A DNA stretch of 64,000 nucleotides from Oopsacas minuta. Taxonomy: Eukaryota > Animalia > Porifera. The stretch spans positions 558,001 through 622,000 of the forward strand of contig JAKMXF010000110.1 in assembly GCA_024704765.1 (NCBI GenBank), given 5' to 3'. Under the pieces are notes generated by a model, which saw only the letters and a list, made by a program, of their open reading frames with translations, had not been told where the DNA came from and did no database searches. This document shows, piece after piece, positions 60,306-64,000 of the stretch. The position numbers and the translations under genes were made by a program. The number at the start of each line of letters is the position of its first letter. Position 1 is the stretch's first letter.

Positions 60306-61442
60306 TTAGACTTTAGACTCATAATACATCCTGAAGGTTAGACTATCATCTTGTTGAATATATTTCGAATACGTATCCTTGTGTATAGCAAACAAATCTC
60401 TTCGTTTTCTGTCTACCTCGTTGTTAGCAACGGTATATTCTTCGTGGTGTAAATCAAATTCATTATCCGGCATGCTTATGAGTAGTTGGCAATGGGTGCT
60501 ATGGTTGTCTGAGAATAAATTACGTCCACTGTTACATAGTTGAATGATTAGCGATTCCCCGATAATAGCGAATGTTTTGAATCTTGAGTTTCCAGAAATG
60601 AAGATAGGTCCTTCATTATCTCCTTCTATATCTGTGTGAAGATTGAATTCTACATACTCCATATCTTTCTTAAACTTCAGTTTGGTGCTAAGCGCATTAA
60701 CCTGCAATATTAATTTGCTGTTCTCTGCTTCGAGCATGTCTTGGTGTTCAATATAGAATTCTTTCTTATGATCCAACAGGTCCTTCCTCAGAATTTTCCC
60801 TATATGACAGCTGTATTTCGCATACGGGCAGTCCACCTCAGCCAATGGGCATTCATCCCCAATATGCATAACATATTCATTACGACACAACTCCTTCCCA
60901 CACTCGCAATTCATTGGTCGAAACATGCAATTTACCATATGCCCCGTTATTTCTAAATACTTCACTGTCTCGTCACAGAAATCGCACTTAACATCATGAA
61001 GGGGGCAAACTTGTTCCGTATGATTAACCATGGCATCTCTCTCGATAACACTTCCACATAATAATGGACACAGTTGACGTAAATTGGGACACGTTCCCAC
61101 ATGTGCGATCGCTTCCATTAATTTTCCCTTCCAATCACAACCTCTCAAAAGTGGACATTTTATGCTTAAAGTCAAGACACTATTTCTTACCAGATCAACT
61201 GGATCAGCCATATGTGGACTTCTGTTACATGATCTACAAGTAATCTTACCTTCCCTAACGCAAGCTTCACGCATTATGCCATCGCAATTAGGACAAGTCA
61301 AAAAATTCCCCGCTAATTCGTTTAACTGTTCTTCTAAATAGTCCTTTCTATACCCATAATGACTTCCTGTACCATGCCTGCTGTTAGTTACAAATAAAAT
61401 GTCATTAATATCATCGGCATTATTTGCTTCGCCCTCAGTCAT
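60306..61442 (-). CDS. Intronless TRAF-like protein, cluster 2
   Basis: GYRKDYL, CPNC...TCRSC, KCPLLRGC.W.G, CPYAKYSC, short divergent MATH-like domain. Confidence 0.85.
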   Translation of the reverse strand: MTEGEANNADDINDILFVTNSRHGTGSHYGYRKDYLEEQLNELAGNFLTCPNCDGIMREACVREGKITCRSCNRSPHMADPVDLVRNSVLTLSIKCPLLRGCDWKGKLMEAIAHVGTCPNLRQLCPLLCGSVIERDAMVNHTEQVCPLHDVKCDFCDETVKYLEITGHMVNCMFRPMNCECGKELCRNEYVMHIGDECPLAEVDCPYAKYSCHIGKILRKDLLDHKKEFYIEHQDMLEAENSKLILQVNALSTKLKFKKDMEYVEFNLHTDIEGDNEGPIFISGNSRFKTFAIIGESLIIQLCNSGRNLFSDNHSTHCQLLISMPDNEFDLHHEEYTVANNEVDRKRRDLFAIHKDTYSKYIQQDDSLTFRMYYESKV

Positions 61443-62046
61443 TTGTCATTTGGTGGTAAAAACTTGATACTAAGAATATGTAGTTTTCAAATCATTTCCA
61501 CCTATGCTTTATGTACATATATCTAGACAATGAGTGCCCACATAATGTATAATATTTCAGAATACAAAAAGGGGTATTGGATGTCACGCAAATATGTTTT
61601 GTAGACTAATTCTCTCATCTCATTAATATTGTAAATTCTCTGGTTAATAACAGCATAACAACAAGAAGTTTGGTGAATATTCGAATAATTAACAACTGCC
61701 CTGCTTTCTCTGACAATTGTCATAACTTGCTAAAGAGCTGAATTTTCTGGGGTTTTTATGCCAGGAATTTTTAACATACAATTCAAACACAGTTCTTCGT
61801 CTCGCTATTCCTTCATTCTGGATGCAAGTGTCAGCAATAAAATATATGGCAAGGTTCCTAGCTTTCTTCTAAACTGTGTATATATCTGTTTCAGTGAACT
61901 GCCCAGCGCTTAGTTATAATGGTACAACAAAATCTCCTTACAGTGAAGTTAATAGGCAGTAAAACTTATGTAATATAATATTCGAATTATATTCTTAGTG
62001 CCTTGAATATATTAATTATTATAATTCTATAGAACTCACAAAGAAC

Positions 62047-63228
62047 ATGGCAGTAGAACCAGATGACAATGAACTTACGCTATACACACAAGTGGAGATC
62101 GATGATAAAGAAGAAATCAGCTATCGTGGTTACAAGAAAGACTATTTATCTCAGAATCTAACTGAAATGGAGTATCAGTTAATAATATGTCCATTATGTA
62201 AAGGCATAATGAGGGATGCGTGTGCCTATCAAGGAGAAATAACCTGTATGCTCTGTAGCCAAGATAATACTAACCACAACCCTGTTATTCGAATAAGGGA
62301 ATTGGTCGCGAAACTAGGTATAAAGTGTCCACTTTTGAGAGAATGTAATTGGACAGGAGAGTTAATTGGAGCGGAGGATCATTTACTTATATGTGAAAGT
62401 TCATTAATTTTGTGTCCTCTGGAGTGTAAAAGTGTGGTAAAAAGGTGTGAAATAGATACACATACGGGAGACCAATGTGAACTAAGAAAAGTGGAATGTG
62501 AATTTTGTAAGAAAATTCTTCCGTTTCGCGGACTGATCAGCCATCTAGAAATATGTCCCTCTCATCCAATCAAATGCGAGTGTGGTAACGAATTCCAACG
62601 TTGCAAACAGGAAGCGCATATTGAGACTGAATGCCCATTGGCTGAAGTGGAATGCCCTTATGCTATTTATAGCTGTGGTGTCGGGAAAATGTTCAGGAAA
62701 GAGCTTTTGGCGCACAAAAAAGATTTTTACATCGAGCACCAAGATTTGTTGCAAAGCAAATTTGAAGAAGAAAATCATATTTTAAGGGAAAAGTTGAAAA
62801 CGAAAAAAGACCTCGATGGATTTGAATGGGAAATATATAATTTTTCAAATTTTAAATTTGATAAAGACATAGAAGGGCCAACATTTTTCATCGGAAACTA
62901 TGAACATGCTTGCGTGTTGCATTTAAGTGAGAAATTAAATATTAAGATCTTGAGGCTGCATTTCAATCCAAAAGAACGAATGGAAATTTACATAATCGAG
63001 TGCAGATTAGTAATCGACAAAACGATCGAAACACAAGAATCATACTTCGAAACGAAAATGTTTACGAAAAGAATTCCAATTGCAAATATGGTTGAGCCAC
63101 TATTCGCGTTAGATAAAACTTTGTATTCAAAATATATTCAAAAAGATGGCTGTCTTCGTATCAAAATGTACTTTGATTATGTCAACAGCATACGAAAGAA
63201 AGACAAGGACAAGATTAAAAGTCTGTAA
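62047..63228 (+). CDS. Intronless TRAF-like protein, cluster 2
   Basis: GYKKDYL, CPLC...TCMLC, KCPLLREC.W.G, FEWEI...EGPTFFIG MATH-like. Confidence 0.85.
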   Translation: MAVEPDDNELTLYTQVEIDDKEEISYRGYKKDYLSQNLTEMEYQLIICPLCKGIMRDACAYQGEITCMLCSQDNTNHNPVIRIRELVAKLGIKCPLLRECNWTGELIGAEDHLLICESSLILCPLECKSVVKRCEIDTHTGDQCELRKVECEFCKKILPFRGLISHLEICPSHPIKCECGNEFQRCKQEAHIETECPLAEVECPYAIYSCGVGKMFRKELLAHKKDFYIEHQDLLQSKFEEENHILREKLKTKKDLDGFEWEIYNFSNFKFDKDIEGPTFFIGNYEHACVLHLSEKLNIKILRLHFNPKERMEIYIIECRLVIDKTIETQESYFETKMFTKRIPIANMVEPLFALDKTLYSKYIQKDGCLRIKMYFDYVNSIRKKDKDKIKSL

Positions 63229-63286
63229 TTCAGGACTAGTAACTCACAAGAAAACATTTGAGTTTCATAACTGTTAGTTATATATT

Positions 63287-63417
63287 GTGTAAGATAAAGT
63301 TATATACTTAGAGTGTAAGATAAAGTTATATACTCAGAGTGTAAGATAAAGTTATATACTCAGAGTGTAAGATAAAGTTATATACTCAGAGTGTAAGATA
63401 AAGTTATACTCAGAGTG
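63287..63417. repeat. 26-bp minisatellite, 5 copies
   Basis: gtgtaagataaagttatatactcaga in direct tandem, no spacers. Confidence 0.95.
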
Positions 63418-63577
63418 AATTATCAAAAGATTGCAAAGCTAGTTAAGAAGCTATTTAGGGCATTATGTAATACCCTAAAGGAATATTTAGTTTCACGATA
63501 GTCTTATAAGCTTAGAAAGAGTAGGATTATCATTTTTGATCTGAAATACGAAGGGTGCATATATTTGTACGGCTACT

Positions 63578-64000
63578 ATGGCAGAGAAAATTGACAGCTC
63601 GATCCCTGATGACGTAGACCAAATACTTTATGTTGAGTTTGAATCTGAAAATCAAACATCCTATCGTGGATATAAATTTGATTATTTAGCTCAGAATCTT
63701 ACAGAAATGGAGCAAACTTTTGTGTTTTGCCCTAAATGTTCTGGAATAATTCGAGAAGCATGTTCTATACAAGATTCGAACCTGTGTTTGGAATGTTGCG
63801 AAAACGAGGAAAATCCAAAACCAGCAAATATGTTGAGAAGTTCTGTTTCAACATTATCAATTAAATGTCCTCTTCTGAGAGATTGTGGTTGGACAGGAAT
63901 ACTTATTGATAGTGTCAAACATTTGAAAGAATGTCGTGTTTTCCTTGTGGAGTGTTCTCTGGAATGTGGTGCTGTGATCAAAAGGTGTGAAATTGAAGAC
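63578..64000 (+). CDS. TRAF-like protein, cluster 2, truncated by the window end
   Basis: Open from ATG 63578: MAEKIDSS...GYKFDYLAQNLTEME..CPKC...CLEC...KCPLLRDC.W.G; not listed in the ORF track. Confidence 0.85.
   Translation, partial: MAEKIDSSIPDDVDQILYVEFESENQTSYRGYKFDYLAQNLTEMEQTFVFCPKCSGIIREACSIQDSNLCLECCENEENPKPANMLRSSVSTLSIKCPLLRDCGWTGILIDSVKHLKECRVFLVECSLECGAVIKRCEIED

Noticed and set aside
63287-63417. 26-bp repeats resembling a CRISPR array
   Set aside because: The units are directly adjacent with no unique spacers, no cas genes are present, and the context is eukaryotic; it is a minisatellite

Overview
AT-rich, gene-dense eukaryotic DNA with short GT-AG introns. The gene set is metazoan, and the compact style suggests a sponge-like animal (inference). 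Left to right: TTC33-like TPR gene (+); multi-exon SorCS-type VPS10 receptor (-) with an IQCK-like gene nested antisense in one intron; intronless selenoprotein S (+) with an in-frame UGA and a type II SECIS; an ~18-kb USP47 deubiquitinase gene (+) whose introns host five same-strand intronless ORFs (three ubiquitin-like/Cys-rich-domain genes, a PPxY membrane protein, OGFOD1); an EF-hand gene (-); an orphan type I membrane protein (+); eight intronless TRAF-like genes in two clusters, all with a degenerate 'half-RING' (one lacks its MATH domain, two are frameshifted); an intronless GABA-B-like class C GPCR; and an anoctamin (TMEM16) gene (-) with five predicted alternative N-termini, each carrying candidate sorting motifs. 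Introns and intergenic DNA hold many TA-flanked Tc1/mariner-pogo-type MITEs and decayed hAT-like MITEs. No rRNA, complete tRNA or CRISPR array was seen. Exon boundaries were read by eye and no database searches were run.
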